Counted from the first letter of the stretch, positions 29,138-42,692 are shown. The stretch is 64,000 bases of DNA from Eledone cirrhosa (GCA_964016885.1 OZ024765.1:4216001-4280000); one strand, 5' to 3'. The notes: generated by a model not told the origin, from the letters alone. Made by a program: numbers and translations.

Positions 29138-29181
<44 letters not shown>

Positions 29182-29189
29182 TATATATA

Positions 29190-29253
<64 letters not shown>

Positions 29254-29262
29254 CATATATGA
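27925..29262. repeat. Polypurine tract, then (GAT)/(GTT)/(CAC)n trinucleotides, then (TG)/(TA)n
   Basis: Direct reading; produces the poly-His/Thr/Pro pseudo-ORFs. Confidence 0.95.
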
Positions 29263-29573
29263 ATGATATAAGACTACTTAAAAGAATTTAATGTTAAGCA
29301 GTTACAGTTTGTGTAATTTGCCAAACCTCTCTACAGAGTTGCTGCATAAATACAATAGTAAAACTATTCCACTGGTTGTATTTATTGGTTTTATATAGAA
29401 ACTAGTAGCTGTAGTAGCTTGTTTGTATTGTGTAGTTGGTAATAGGAAGAGCATCCATCTGTGGAGACAACACACATAAAAGAGATGGTCCCTTCCCTCC
29501 CTCTTCTGGGCTTGATTTTTGCCTTCCAGCCATTCAAGGGTGATAGAAATGTACCAGTCAAAAAGCAGCGTTG

Positions 29574-30070
29574 ATTCTGCCTATATCTCATGCTGCAGGT
29601 CACTGAGGTCAACTTCACCGTCAATCTATTGAAGGTTGACAAAAAAATACCAGTCAAGTTCTGGGGTCAATTCTGCCTATATCTCATGCTGCAGGTCACT
29701 GAGGTCAACTTCACCGTCAATCTATTGAAGGTTGACAAAAAAATACCAGTCAAGTTCTGGGGTCAATTCTGCCTATATCTCATGTTGCAGGTCACTGAGG
29801 TCAACTTCACCGTCAATCTATTGAAGGTTGACAAAAAAATACCAGTCAAGTTCTGGGGTCAATTCTGCCTATATCTCATGTTGCAGGTCACTGAGGTCAA
29901 CTTCACCGTCAATCTATTGAAGGTTGACAAAAAAATACCAGTCAAGTTCTGGGGTCAATTCTGCCTACATCTCATGTTGCAGGTCACTAAGGTCAACTTC
30001 ACCTTCAATCTATTTCAAGGTTGACAAAAAAATACCAGTCAAGTTCTGGGGTCAATTCTGCCTATATCTC
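29574..30070 (+). repeat. ~5 x 96-bp tandem repeat derived from a family B-like SINE body
   Basis: CTATATCTCA at 29581, 29677 and onward; the unit contains GAGGTCAACTT...TACCAGTCAAG..CTGGGGTCAATT. Confidence 0.85.
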
Positions 30071-31028
30071 TTTCTCATTTCTTCTCTCACGCAGTAGTTT
30101 GCTGAGGTCAACTTTGCCTTCCATCCATTTGAGGTCAATAAAAATGTACCAGTAAAGTACTGGGGTTGATTCTTCATCTATATCATTTCCTCCCTCTCTT
30201 TCTCTCTCTCTTTCTATCCTTCTCTGGAATAAATCTGCTGTATTGAGGCCTGGGGAGGCATAGACTTTGCCAGGTTTTAATGCCCTAGAAAAGCTGTATG
30301 TCAGTACGGTACCTCTACAACTCGCTCAATAGTTACGGGACCATATCTTATGAGTAGCTGTAGTAGCTTGTTTGAATTGTGTAAAGTGGTTGATACTAGG
30401 AAGAGCATCCATCTGTGGAGACAACACAAATAAAAGAGATGGCACCCTTCCTTCCCTCTTCTGATCTACTGTGGTTGATTTTGTCTTTCATCCTTTTGAG
30501 GTGGATTAAAAAAAGTACCGGTCTAATACTGGGGTGGGGGGGGGGGGGGGGTCAGTTCTTCATCTATTTCTCTTTCTAGCTTCCGCTCCATCACTGTAGT
30601 TTTCTGAGGTCAACTTTATCTTTCATCCATTTGAGGTCGATAAAAAAAGTACCAGTCTAGTACTGGGGTCAATTCTTCCTCACACTCTCTCTCTCTCTCC
30701 TTTTCTGGAAGAAATCTGTTGTGTTCAGACATGGAAAGAAGATGGACCCCGACAGGTTTTAATAAATGACCAAGAAACACTGTATGTCAATACAGTGCCC
30801 CTACAACTCCATCAGGAGTTACAGGATGAAAAAAGGTTTTATGGGTGGTGGATTGGTGGAATTGGTGGAGCTGACACCACACATACACATTGAGGTCTTC
30901 TCTGCCTTTTATCCCTCTGGGGTTGTTATATACTGTATATACTTGAATATAAGCCGATACAAATCTAAATCAACCCCACTATTTTATGTCTGAGAAATGG
31001 GCAAAAACCCAATTCTTATTTATGTTGA

Positions 31029-31130
31029 ACTAGGTGAGGTACCCGGCTTTGCCTGGGAGAACAGTTAAGAGAAGACGGATAAAAGAGAAAAACGACTGTA
31101 TTGGATGTGTTGTCTGGTATGAGGTGAGAC
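31029..31130 (-). mobile_element. Helitron-like 3' end (second copy)
   Basis: ACTAGGTGAGGTACCCGGCTTTGCCTGGGAGAA matches 11363-11460. Confidence 0.6.
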
Positions 31131-31169
31131 TGTAATGTGAGTGTGTGTGAGAGAGACATGAAAAAAACA

Positions 31170-31402
31170 ATAGTAGTTGTTGTAGCAGTCGTATAGTAGT
31201 AGTAGTAGTAGCAGCAGCAGTAGCAATAGTAGTAGTAGTAGCAGCAACAATAGTAGTAGTAGTAGTAGCAGCAACAATAGTAGTAGTAGTAGTAGTAGTA
31301 GCAGCAGCAGCAGTAGTAGCAGCAGTAGCAGTAGCAATAGTAGTAGTAGTAGCAGCAACAATAGTAGTAGTAGTAGCAGCAGCAGTATTAGTAGTAGTGG
31401 TG
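31170..31402. repeat. (TAG)/(CAG)n trinucleotide repeat
   Basis: Direct reading. Confidence 0.95.
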
Positions 31403-31899
31403 GCATTACCCAAGAATTAATGGCTCGGGAATTATCTCAAAATTATTTGAGTCTTCCTGGAAAAATCTGATTTCTCTTCAACGGATATCAAGCAGGTTTA
31501 CAATTCCTTTCAAGAAGAATCTTAATATTCAATTTGGTTAAATTCCAAACAGCTCAAATTACATTGAAGGTTTGTCTAACACAGTTAAAGTCACTTTTCT
31601 AAAATAGCTATCATGATTACTACAGTTATATCTAGTATCGAAGTCCTCTGATGTCTTCTTAAAAATAAATTTTTCCTAGTTTTCTGCCTGGAGAATTGTA
31701 ATTTGGTTCTATGCAACGTAAGATAGAAACATTATTTGATTTAAAAGAATTAGATTCTGGCATGAATTGGTCAGTATTTAAGATTGGTAGATTTTTTTCC
31801 CCGTATGCTGATTTGGATGTGTATATATGTGTGGAAGTGTGTGTGTGTGAATATGCATATATTTATATGTATGAGTATATAAATATAAATTTGCAAACA

Positions 31900-32872
31900 C
31901 AGACACACTTACAAAAATACACACTCACACAAATACATTCTCAGAAACACACAACACATACATTCACACAAACACACATACATTTACACAAACACACACA
32001 TACATTCGCACAAACATACACCTACATTCACACACAAATACATTCTCACAAACACACATATTCACACAAACGCACACATACATTCACACAAACATACACA
32101 TACATTCACACAAACACACACATACATTCACACAAACATACACACATACATTTACACAAACACACACATACATTCACACAAACATACACACATACATTTA
32201 CACAAAGACACACATACATTCACACAAACATACACACATACATTTACACAAAGACACACATACATTCACACAAACATACACACATACATTCACACAAACA
32301 CACATACATGCACACAAACATACACACATACATTCACACAAACATACACACATACATTTACACAAACATACACACAAACACACACATACATTCACACAAA
32401 CATACACACATACATTTACACAAACACACACATACATATACATTCACACAAACATACACACATACATTTACACAAACACACACAGACATTCACACAAACA
32501 TACACACATACATTCACACAAACACACATACATGCACACAAACATACACACATACATTCACAAAAACACACACATACATTCACACAAACATACACACATA
32601 CATTTACACAAACACACACATACATATACATTCACACAAACATACACACATACATTCACACAAACACACACACATACATTTACACAAACACACACAGACA
32701 TTCACACAAACATACACACATACATTTACACAAACACACACAGACATTCACACAAACATACACACATACATTTACACAAACACACACAGACATTCACACA
32801 AACATACACATACATTCACACAAACACACACATACATATACATTCACACAAACATACACACATACATTTACA
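31900..32872. repeat. CA-rich minisatellite (CATACATTCACACAAACA... units)
   Basis: Direct reading. Confidence 0.9.
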
Positions 32873-33299
32873 TAAAATGATGATGATGATGATGATGATG
32901 ATGATATCATCATCATCATTGCATCCACAGCTGAACATTCCTGAGCAAGTCTCTCTACAATTCATGACTCTCCATTGCTCCTGGCAACCGTTCCCTAACG
33001 AGGTTTGAGTTCCCTGAATGTTGACTGATGAATGTTCCAGCTGGTCTTCCTCTCCTACATCTCCCATCAGTTTGTTCCCACAATTCTAACTTGTGTATAA
33101 CTTCCTACTTACTTCTCCAACAAAGCCCTGTAAATCATAACTGTCTCTGAACAATTGTAGTTGTTACCTTGGGCAAGTTTCCCTATAAACTTTTATTTGT
33201 AATACATCAACTCTAATTTGAAACAAATAGAAAAACTATTTAGTGTAATATATAATATATTCTTTCAGTATTGGTATGTTAATTTAGTTTGAGACTGAG

Positions 33300-33339
<40 letters not shown>

Positions 33340-33378
33340 GATATTAACAAATGGAAACTATATTTATAAAACCATATT

Positions 33379-33443
33379 TATTTCATTATACATATTTCAA
33401 GGACATCAAGTTAAATTATGGTGTGCTTTCATCAGATAAAATA
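33379..33443 (-). ncRNA. Type I hammerhead motif inside a PLE-like non-coding insertion (33340-33620)
   Basis: UAUUUUAU-CUGAUGA-AAG..CUU-GAAA-UAUGUA-UA-AUGAAAUA; same family as 54.0 kb and 62.2-62.5 kb. Confidence 0.65.
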
Positions 33444-33644
33444 TAATATAGAGCAGTTTTATAAATAAATATTGACATACTCTTAAAGAATGCAACCATT
33501 ACTGTTGGAAGCTCCCTGATAGTTAATATCGTATTTTTACTTCAATTATTTGTTGAGTGCTTTTTATCAGTTATAAAAATATTTGCTTATGGTATCCCAA
33601 CAATTTAAATAGAACTTTTACATACATATATATATATATATATG

Positions 33645-34030
33645 ACTAACAACAAAAAGTTGTCACTCTATATGGCCGAATACAATAAACGTAATCTGAG
33701 TTTTTCAAATATTAATAATAATATTCGATTCGTTTGCAATTATTGCTTAAAAGAGGCTTTTTGCATAATTGCAAAAAGATTGAATATTATTATTAATATT
33801 CGAAAAATTCAGATTACATTTATATATTTATATATATATATTTATTTATATATAAAAAGAAAATTTCGCTCTACATGGCTGAATATAATAAATGTAATCT
33901 GAGTTTTTCGAATATTAATAATAACATTCGATTCGTTTGCAATTATGCCATGGCTATAAAATTGAGGCCTGTTTGCATAATTGCAAACGGATAAAATGTT
34001 GTTATTAATATTCGAAAAACTCAGATTATA
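33645..34030. mobile_element. Two tandem fold-back elements of one family
   Basis: TAATCTGAGTTTTTC..GCAATTAT / ATAATTGC..GAAAAAYTCAGATTA inverted arms at ~33691-33818 and ~33895-34028; arm sequence also at 61857 and 24735. Confidence 0.75.
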
Positions 34031-34049
34031 TATATATATATATATATAA

Positions 34050-34532
34050 ATTCCGACCTCACACACTTACACCTCTCCAAGACAATGTCACTGGACCGAG
34101 ACCTTTGGCGGTACTCAGTAACAGAGAAGACCCGCGTTACCTAAATACAAAGTAAAACCTACTACAGTCAGTAGGCATCTCTAACAAAATACACCCCCGT
34201 CCCACCACCCCCACCCCATCCACACCGCCCCTTTCAATGTAAAGTTATGTTGGTGCCACAAAATCCAGGCCGAAACAAATGAGATCGTGTAGGTGTCACG
34301 AAAAAAAAAACACACAGTCCACGCTGTAATGTGGCCGTGTAAGCAACACGGTAAAAACCTCCCAGCCCCACACTGTAAATGTGGTTGGTGTTAGGAAGGG
34401 CATCCAACTATAGAAAACCCGCCAGACAGTCCTATGCGAGCAAGACAACCACTCTTGCCTCAAGTGGGAAAACTCCCGTCCAAACCCATGCAAGCATGGA
34501 ACACGGACGTTAAACGATGATGATGATGATGA
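34050..34532 (+). mobile_element. RTE 3' stub plus family A SINE 3' region
   Basis: SDLTHLHLSKTMSLDRDLWR; GTGGTTGGTGTTAGGAAGGGCATCC; very similar reverse copy at 44400-44630. Confidence 0.7.
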
Positions 34533-34535
34533 TAT

Positions 34536-34771
34536 AACGAAGGAAATGTGGTAAGGAACCAGGTGGACCATAACGCACCAAAGTACTCAATACTTAGGGT
34601 AGTAGAGTGGGTAATAGGAACGAGTATGATCCCGACGGCTGAGCTTAAGCCGTTTCGACGGCTAATTCTGGACTAAAAAAAAAAAAAATTTTTATTTTAT
34701 TTATTTTATTTTTTTTGTCCAGAATTAGCCGTCGAAACGGCTTGAGCTCAGCCGTCGGGGTCCTACTCGTT

Positions 34772-34776
<5 letters not shown>
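34536..34776 (-). mobile_element. Hairpin-headed non-coding element (family H), copy 1
   Basis: 60-bp inverted arms 34614-34673 / 34717-34776 around an A/T spacer, plus a ~78-bp unpaired tail. Confidence 0.85.
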
Positions 34777-34802
<26 letters not shown>

Positions 34803-34806
<4 letters not shown>

Positions 34807-35368
34807 CCATAGTATCTAGAATACGGACAGGTTGGAAGAAGTTTAGGGAGCTGCTTCCTTTGTTGACAAAGAAGTGTTTCTCCCTGCGTACGAAAGGTCG
34901 GTTGTATGATGCCTGAATGAGATGCACGATTCCGCATGGTAGTAAAACATGGGCAGCAACTGCAGAGGATATGCAACAGCTGGAGAGAAATGAAGCAAGG
35001 ATGCTCCGATGAATGTGTAATGTCAATGTGTGTGAACAACCAAGCATAGATGAGATGAGAGAGAAACTGTGTTTAAGAGGGATAAACTGTAGTGTGGGGG
35101 AGAGAAGACTGCATTGGTATGGACATGTGATGCGCATGGAGGATGACCGTTGGGTAAAGAAGTGGCAAGCAATCCCAGTGGAAGGAAGACACCGTAGAGG
35201 AAGACCATGAAAATCATGGGTGGGGGTGATGAGAACTGATCTCAGATCGCTGCAGCTCACAGAGGAGATGACGAAGTACCGTGATGAATTAAGAGATGCT
35301 GTGCTGAAAAGGACACGTCCTTCCCTTGCAAGCAGGGAAAAGCAGACATAAAATGATGATGATGATGA
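34803..35368 (+). mobile_element. RTE LINE 3' fragment with stops
   Basis: RIRTGWKKFRELLPLL...ERRLHWYGHVMRMEDDRWVKKWQAIPVEGRHRRGRP and a (GAT)n tail. Confidence 0.85.
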
Positions 35369-35392
35369 TATATATGTATATATATATATATA

Positions 35393-35625
35393 ATAGGAAC
35401 GAGTAGGACCCCGATGGGTGAGCTCAAGCCGTTTCGACGGCTAATTCTGGACTAAAAAAAAAAAAATTTTTTTTCTTTTCTTTTAAAGTCCAGAATTAGC
35501 CTTCGAAACGGTTTGAGCTCAGCCGTCGGGGTCCTACTCGTTCCTATTACCCACTCTACTACCCTAAGTATTGATTACTTTGGTGCGTTATGGTCCACCT
35601 GGTTCCTTACCACATTTCCTCCATT
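35393..35625 (+). mobile_element. Family H element, copy 2
   Basis: Arms 35393-35453 / 35487-35547 plus tail to 35625, inside (TA)n. Confidence 0.85.
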
Positions 35626-36169
35626 ATATATATATATATAACAACTGCTTACCTCTCCAGCAATGTCCTGTAAATTGTAATCACCTTTGAGCAATTGTTG
35701 GAGATAGAGACTTTATTAGATTTAAAAGAATTAGATTTTGGCCTGAATTGGTGAGCATTTTCAATTATTTGAGAATATAATCTAATTTTTGTTTTTTAGC
35801 TAGATGTCTCATATGATATACTAAAAGCAATTATACTCATTTCTTATACATGGTTTGGGGCCACAGAATTGTTTAGAATTTCAAAAGCATTCACCACTAT
35901 CATCATCATCATCTCTTTAATTATTGCCTTCCATACTTTCATGGGTTGTCGGTTGTCTCAGTCTGAAACTAGTCAGGTCAAAGCAACCTCATCTTGCTCA
36001 TACCTTCTCTATTTGGCTTGGTTTCTATGACTGCATATCCTTCCTAACATCTACTACCTTACAGAGTGTACTAGGTGCATTTCTATCATGTCACCAGTAC
36101 TATCACTTTATAGAGTGTACTGGGTGCATTATATGGGGCACCAACACTAGAAGAGTTGTCACTACAACT

Positions 36170-36822
36170 GGTTCCATGATAAAATACACCCAGTCCACCC
36201 TGTAAAGTGGTAGTGTTGGTGCCATGATAAAATACACCCAGTACACTTTGTAAAGTGGTGGTGCTGGTGTCATAATAAAATACACTTAGTCTACCCTGTA
36301 AAGTGGTAGTGTTGGTGCCATGATAAAATACACTCAGTACACTTTGTAAAGTGGTGGTGCTGGTGTCATAATAAAATACACTTAGTCTACCCTGTAAAGT
36401 GGTAGTGTTGGTGCCATGATAAAATACACTCAGTACACTTTGTAAAGTGGTGGTGCTGGTGTCATGATAAAATACACTTAGTCTACCCTGTAAAGTGGAA
36501 GTGTTGGTGCCATGATAAAATACACTCAGTACACTTTGTAAAGTGGTGGTGCTGGTGTCATAATAAAATACACTTAGTCTACCCTGTAAAGTGGTAGTGT
36601 TGGTGCCATGATAAAATACACTCAGTACACTTTGTAAAGTGGTGGTGCTGGTGTCATGATAAAATACACTTAGTCTACCCTGTAAAGTGGAAGTGTTGGT
36701 GCCATGATAAAATACACTCAGTACACTTTGTAATGTGGTGGTGCTGGTGTCATGATAAAATACACCCAGTCCACCCTGTAAAGTGGAAGTGTTGGTGCCA
36801 TGATAAAATACATCCAGTCTAC
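36170..36822 (+). repeat. 48-bp array (alternating A/B units, 96-bp higher order), diverged from the family A unit
   Basis: GTAAAGTGGT every 48 bp; alternating GTCTACCC and GTACACTT variants; adjacent decayed SINE at 35900-36140 (-). Confidence 0.85.
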
Positions 36823-37209
36823 CACTTATAGTTGATTGAATTGTTCACTGTACAGAATGGGTTTCAACCTATTCTTCCATCAGTAGCCTGAGCTATAAAC
36901 AAGATAATTGCCATCAGCTGAACCACCAAAATTTGATCTAACATCAGTTGAATTACCAATCACAGTTGAGCCACCAACAACTGAGCTACCAACAGTTGAA
37001 CTACCAACATTTGAACTACTGACAGCTGATTTCCCATCAGTAGCCTTAGCTATAAGCAAGAAAATTACCACAGCTGAACCACCAAGATTTGATCTAACAA
37101 CAATTGAACTATCAACAGCTGAGCCACCAACAGTTGAACTACTATTAGTAGAGCTACCAACAACAGTTGAAACAATCACAGCTGGGCTACCAATAGTTGA
37201 ACTGCTATC

Positions 37210-38070
37210 AGGTGGTTTGGAACATAACTTAACATAGGATGTTACATAATATTATGATGGAATATTTTTTTAGATAAATATAAACACTTTAAAACAAAGT
37301 TTTGTATCATAAAACCATGGGCTGTTTCAGGTGGTTTGGAACATAACTTAACAAAGGTTGTTACATAAAATTATGATGAAAGGTTTTAAGATAAATATAA
37401 ACACTTTAAAACAAAGTTTTATATCATAGAAACAGGGGCTATTACAGGTGGTTTGGAACATAACTTAACAAATAAAATTATGATGGAAGGATTTTAGATA
37501 AATATAAACACTTTAAAACAAAGTTTTATATCATAAAACCATGAGCTGTTTCAGTTGACATATGGAACATATCTTAACAAAGGTTGTTACATAATATTAT
37601 GATGGAAGATTTTTAGATAAATATAAACACTTTAACCTGTTAGCATTTAAACTGGCCATATCCGGTTAGTATTCTCTCACCTCTTTCTGTTCAAACCAGC
37701 TGTAGCTGGCCACTCATACTGATGTTAAGGTATTGTTCTCAAAATAAATAACATCAAAATCTTGTGGATTTGATATTATGTGAGATAATTATGTAAGATA
37801 AAGCCTCTACCACAAAAATACAATAGTAAATATAGAGTAATGTAAATGTTATAGGGTTAAAACAGGCTGTTTCGTATTATAAAACCAGGGATAGTTTTGG
37901 GCAATTTGGTACCAAAAGAGTTAAGCTGTTGTTTGGAACATTATAAATCAGAGATTGTTACATAAAATTATGATGGAAGGGTTTCAGATATAAACACTTT
38001 AAAACACACTGTTCTATATCATATCATAGACCGAGGAATGGTTTTCAGGCAGATTGCTACCAGAAGGGAT
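37210..38070 (-). repeat. Tandemly duplicated fragments of the AT-rich MITE
   Basis: GGTGGTTTGGAACATAACTTAACA...TAGATAAATATAAACACTTTAAAAC repeated about 5 times; reverse copies at 50.5-51.3 kb. Confidence 0.7.
37636..37856. mobile_element. piggyBac-like MITE inserted at TTAA
   Basis: Host word ACACTTTAAAACA is split as ACACTTTAA[CCTGTTAGCATTTA...TAAATGTTATAGGG]TTAAAACA. Confidence 0.75.
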
Positions 38071-38324
38071 AATGAATAATTTATGGGGCTGGCATTGTTA
38101 AGATATTATAGTGTAATCACAGAATAACATCTGTGAATTGATTGACCATTAAATATTTGTGTTATCGGAGAATTATTTAGCCATTATTGAAGGCAGGAAC
38201 TGTGGCCAGGATTCTAAAGATGGAGGAGGTGGCCATAGAAGGCTTCAGACAGCTGTTTACGTAGTTAGACATCCCTCCAGGTTATAATAAACCTTATCTA
38301 AAGAAACACACACATAACTTGCTG

Positions 38325-38878
38325 TGGTGATGATGGTAGTGGTGGTGGTGGTGGTTGTAGTGGTGGTGATGGTGGTGGTTGTAGTGGTGGTGTGGTGGTG
38401 GTGGTAGTGATGGTGGTGGTGGTGGTGGTGGTGGTTGTGATGGTAGTGGTGGTGGTGGTGGTGTTAGTGGTGGTGGTGGTGGTGGTGGTGGTGGTAGTGA
38501 TGGTGGTGGTGGTAGTGATGGTAGTGGTGGTGGTGGTTGTAGTGGTGGTGATGGTGGTGATAGTGATGGTAGTGGTGGTGGTTGTAGTGGTGGTTGTAGT
38601 GGTGGTGTTGTGGTGGTGGTAGTGATGGTAGTGGTGGTGGTGGTGTTAGTGGTGGTTGTAGTGGTGGTGTGGTGGTGGTGGTAGTGATGGTAGTGATGGT
38701 AGTGGTGGTGGTGGTGGTAGTGATGGTAGTGGTGGCGGTGTTAGTGGTGGTGGTGGTGGTGGTTGTAGTGGTGATGGTGGTGGTAGTGGTGGTTGTGTTA
38801 GTAGTAGTGTTGGTGGTGGTATTGGTGGTGATGGTGGTTAACATTTAGATTGCAGGAATATAAATGAATTTTACATAC

Positions 38879-38909
<31 letters not shown>

Positions 38910-39088
38910 CACATACATACATATATACATACATACACACATACATATATACATACATACATTTATATATACATACATACATACATATATAAATACATGC
39001 ATCCAAATATGCACACACATATATCCAAACACACACACATATACCAAAACACACACACATATACCAAAACTTTCACACACACAAATAC

Positions 39089-39119
<31 letters not shown>

Positions 39120-39135
39120 AACACAAACACCCACA
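38325..39135. repeat. (GGT)n trinucleotide tract followed by (CATA)/(CA)n
   Basis: Direct reading. Confidence 0.95.
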
Positions 39136-39679
39136 CACTAAATGAATTCAGCAATCAACACCAAGTCTGAAGAAGATAGATTTGATAATAAATCTTTCTA
39201 ATATTGGCACAAAAGAAGGGGGGGGGGAGGGGCATTATATTGACCTTGGTATATCACTGGTATTTTACATCCATATATATGAGTGTAAACTGACAATTTT
39301 AATAGGCTGACTTTGAAGGATTGAATGCTAGAGTTGTGAAATTTTGCAAACATTAATTGCAACTTGTTGAGCCAACTTATACAGCTTAATATGCAAATGA
39401 GAATAATCAGCTCATTTACACAAACGAGAAAACTATATACTCTCCCCTGTTTTCAAGTCCAGCAGTTGGAAGAGTGGGAGAATCATCCTGATGAGAACCA
39501 GTTCAGTTCGAAATATGCATCCACAATTGTCCCCCTTGCTTCTGCTGGACACCGTCAGACGGCGTTAGTCGCTGGTGTTTTGGCATAACTACAGCTCTCT
39601 AAATGTTTATTTTAAACATACCGTATTTCTTCTGAAATACGAAATTCCAATACATATCTGTAGTAATACAGTAGTACAG

Positions 39680-40020
39680 AGTACCCGACCTCCCATGGGT
39701 ACAAGCTGAAGCATATAGACAATATGCCTCCACACCCCCCACCGCAAGGTGGTCGTGGAGGTGCCACGGCAAAAAAGCACCCAGCCCACACTGTAAAGTG
39801 GACGTGTAGGCGCCACGAAAAAGCACCCAGCACTCACTGTAAATGAGGTTGGTGTTAGGAAGGGCATCCAGCTGTAGAAATCAAGCCAAATCAGTTCCTG
39901 TATGAGCAAGGCATGGTCAGCCGACCAGACACTGCCCACAACAGGACAACCCGTCTAACCCATGCTAGCGTGGAAGAACGGACGTAAAACGGTGATGATG
40001 ATGATGATGATGATGATGAT
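39680..40020 (+). mobile_element. 3' part of the RTE/SINE chimeric element
   Basis: Near-identical to 60340-60670. Confidence 0.85.
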
Positions 40021-40374
40021 ACAACTATGCCTTAAACTAAATTGTAATTCTATAATAACTGCATTGTTTCTTTTTATGTAGAAAAATAAACCTCATTTGG
40101 TCATTCCACGAGAGTATCTTGGTCAGCCTATGAAGGAGTGATGCTAGAGCTGTGAAATCTTGCATGTTGAGAAATAAACGTCATTTGGTCATTCCATGAG
40201 AGTATCTTGGTCAGCCTATGAAGGAGTGATGCTAGAGCTGTGAAATTTTTCAAGCAATAATTTCAACTCTTTGTATTAATAACTGTGTCATTTATTTCTA
40301 GGGACTATGTGGAAAAATAAACCTCGTAACAAACCCCTAGGCTGTGCACCTTCCATAGTATTATTATTACTGCT

Positions 40375-40792
40375 GGTTTGGCAGTATCGGTAGAGCGTAG
40401 GACAACATGCTTTGCGGCATAGAGTTATGGCCCTTTACGTTCTGGTTTCAAATCCCGTCGAGGTTAACTTTGCCTATCATCCTTACGGGATCAATAAAAT
40501 AAAGTACCAGTAATGCACTGGAGTAATTTCTGGCCTTGTGCCTAAAGTAGAAACAATAAAGTACCAGTAATGCACTGGGGTAATTGCTGGCCTTGTGCCT
40601 AAAGTAGAAACAATAAAGTACCAGTAATGCACTGGGGTAATTGCTGGCCTTGTGCCTAAAGTAGAAACAATAAAGTACCAGTAATGCACTGGGGTAATTG
40701 CTGGCCTTGTGCCTAAAGTAGAAACAATAAAGTACCAGTGATACACTGGAGTAATTGCTGGCCTTGTGCCTAAAGTAGAAACAATTATTACT
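40375..40792 (+). mobile_element. Family B SINE with 5 x 57-bp tail duplication
   Basis: AAAGTACCAGT at 40501, 40558, 40615, 40672 and 40729. Confidence 0.85.
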
Positions 40793-41671
40793 GGGGTATA
40801 GGTTTAGGGGGCAGGGGATTGGCTGAGCTGTTAGAGTGTCAGACAAAATGATTTGTAGCATTTAATTACAGCCCTTTATGTATAGAATAATAGTTAGTAT
40901 TATGGGCTATAGTGTATCTAGGACTACATTATCTAATGTACAGTACAGTAGTTAGTATTAGTGGCTATCAGACATAGTGTATCTAGGACTACATTATCTA
41001 ATGTACAGTACAGCAGTTAGTATTGGTGGCTATCAAATATGTATCTCTCTTGCTGTTCTCTAGGGCAATGACTTCTCCATCCTGTTAGCCAGGACCACAA
41101 GGCAGACTGACTCTTAAGTTTAATTTATTGTTGTGGCATGTGGATTAGAGTTGCTTCCTTAAGCATGATCAGTAAGAAAATGAAAATATTTTAAACACAC
41201 AAAGAAATTGCTGGTTCTTTGCCAGTGTGAGAAAGACGTAATATTACTAGGATGGAGTTTAAAATTGGAGAAAACCAGAGAAAATCTATGTTGTAGTCAG
41301 TAGAACTGATCAATAAGAAAAATTGATCTATAAGAAAGTTAGATAAAATTTAATTATTGTGAGAAGTGAAAAAATATATGATTTATTAACACTATAATAG
41401 CATATTATTATTGCTCATGTATTTATTTAACGAGATCACTCTATTGATTGTATATAGTGGCAAGGGAGCAGACATTTATCGGTAAAACTGTAAAAACTCA
41501 GGCTGGGTGGATGGCTGTGTGGCTAAAACAGTTCTCTTTGCAACTGTGTGCTTCAGTGCTGGAATTATCTATAAGCTAAATAAGCTATAGCTTAAAGTAA
41601 CACACCCTTAGGGAGCTCATTTTTTAAATTTTATCATTAGCTTTTATTTTTTAACACTAAATCATCAAAAA

Positions 41672-42656
41672 TTATATATAAATATAATTATATATATATA
41701 TAATTATATATATATAGATAAATATAATTATATATATATATAATTATATATATATATATAAATATAATTATATATAATTATATATATATATATATATATA
41801 TATAAATATAATTATATATATATAATTATATATCTAAGGCGGGTAAAATTCCCGAGATCCATGGACGAGTTCTCTCCAGCGGTCTCTGTCCCTCATTATC
41901 GCTGCCATGTCCCGCATCTCCAACAGACCAGTGTCTGTCCTTAGGGCATCAACATACGTTAACCTTGGTCTTCCTCTTCTAGTGTGTCCATGTAGGGGCT
42001 CCCAAAGGAGTACTGAGTGCAATGTCAACTCTGGATGTCGGTGAGCATGTCCAGCTAACCTCAGTCTCCTCTGTGTCACTTTTGAGCTGACTTTTGGGAG
42101 GCTCCCATACAGCTCTGAGTTTTTCATCCTCAGTGTATACTGATTAATGTTCAGAGCCATCCTCAGCATTCTCGTGTAGCACCCATCCACCATCTGAGTG
42201 AGTTTCTTGGTCAGTGTCCAAGTCTCAGACCCATACAGCAGCACAGACTCCACTACAGCAATGAAGAGGCGGATTTTCAGGTCTCTACGAAGGTCCGACT
42301 TCCACACCGATCTCAAGCTGTGGCACGCCGCCCAGGCCTTGCTCTTCCTCTCAACCACATCATCCTCCGTATTCCCAATCTTTGCTCTCAATTAATTATA
42401 TATATATATATATAAATATAATTATATATATATAATTATATATATATATATAAATATAATTATATATATATATATAAATATAATTATATATATATAATTA
42501 TATATATATATATATAAATATAATTATATATAATTATATATATATATAAATATAATTATATTTATATATATAATTATATATATATATAAATATAATTATA
42601 TATATATATATAATTATATATATATATATATATAATTATATATATATATATATATA

Positions 42657-42692
<36 letters not shown>

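Noticed and set aside
39481-39530. Fully functional hammerhead at CTGATGA-GAAC..GTTC-GAAA
   Set aside because: Core and stem II are good but no stem I pairing is evident; counted only as decayed.
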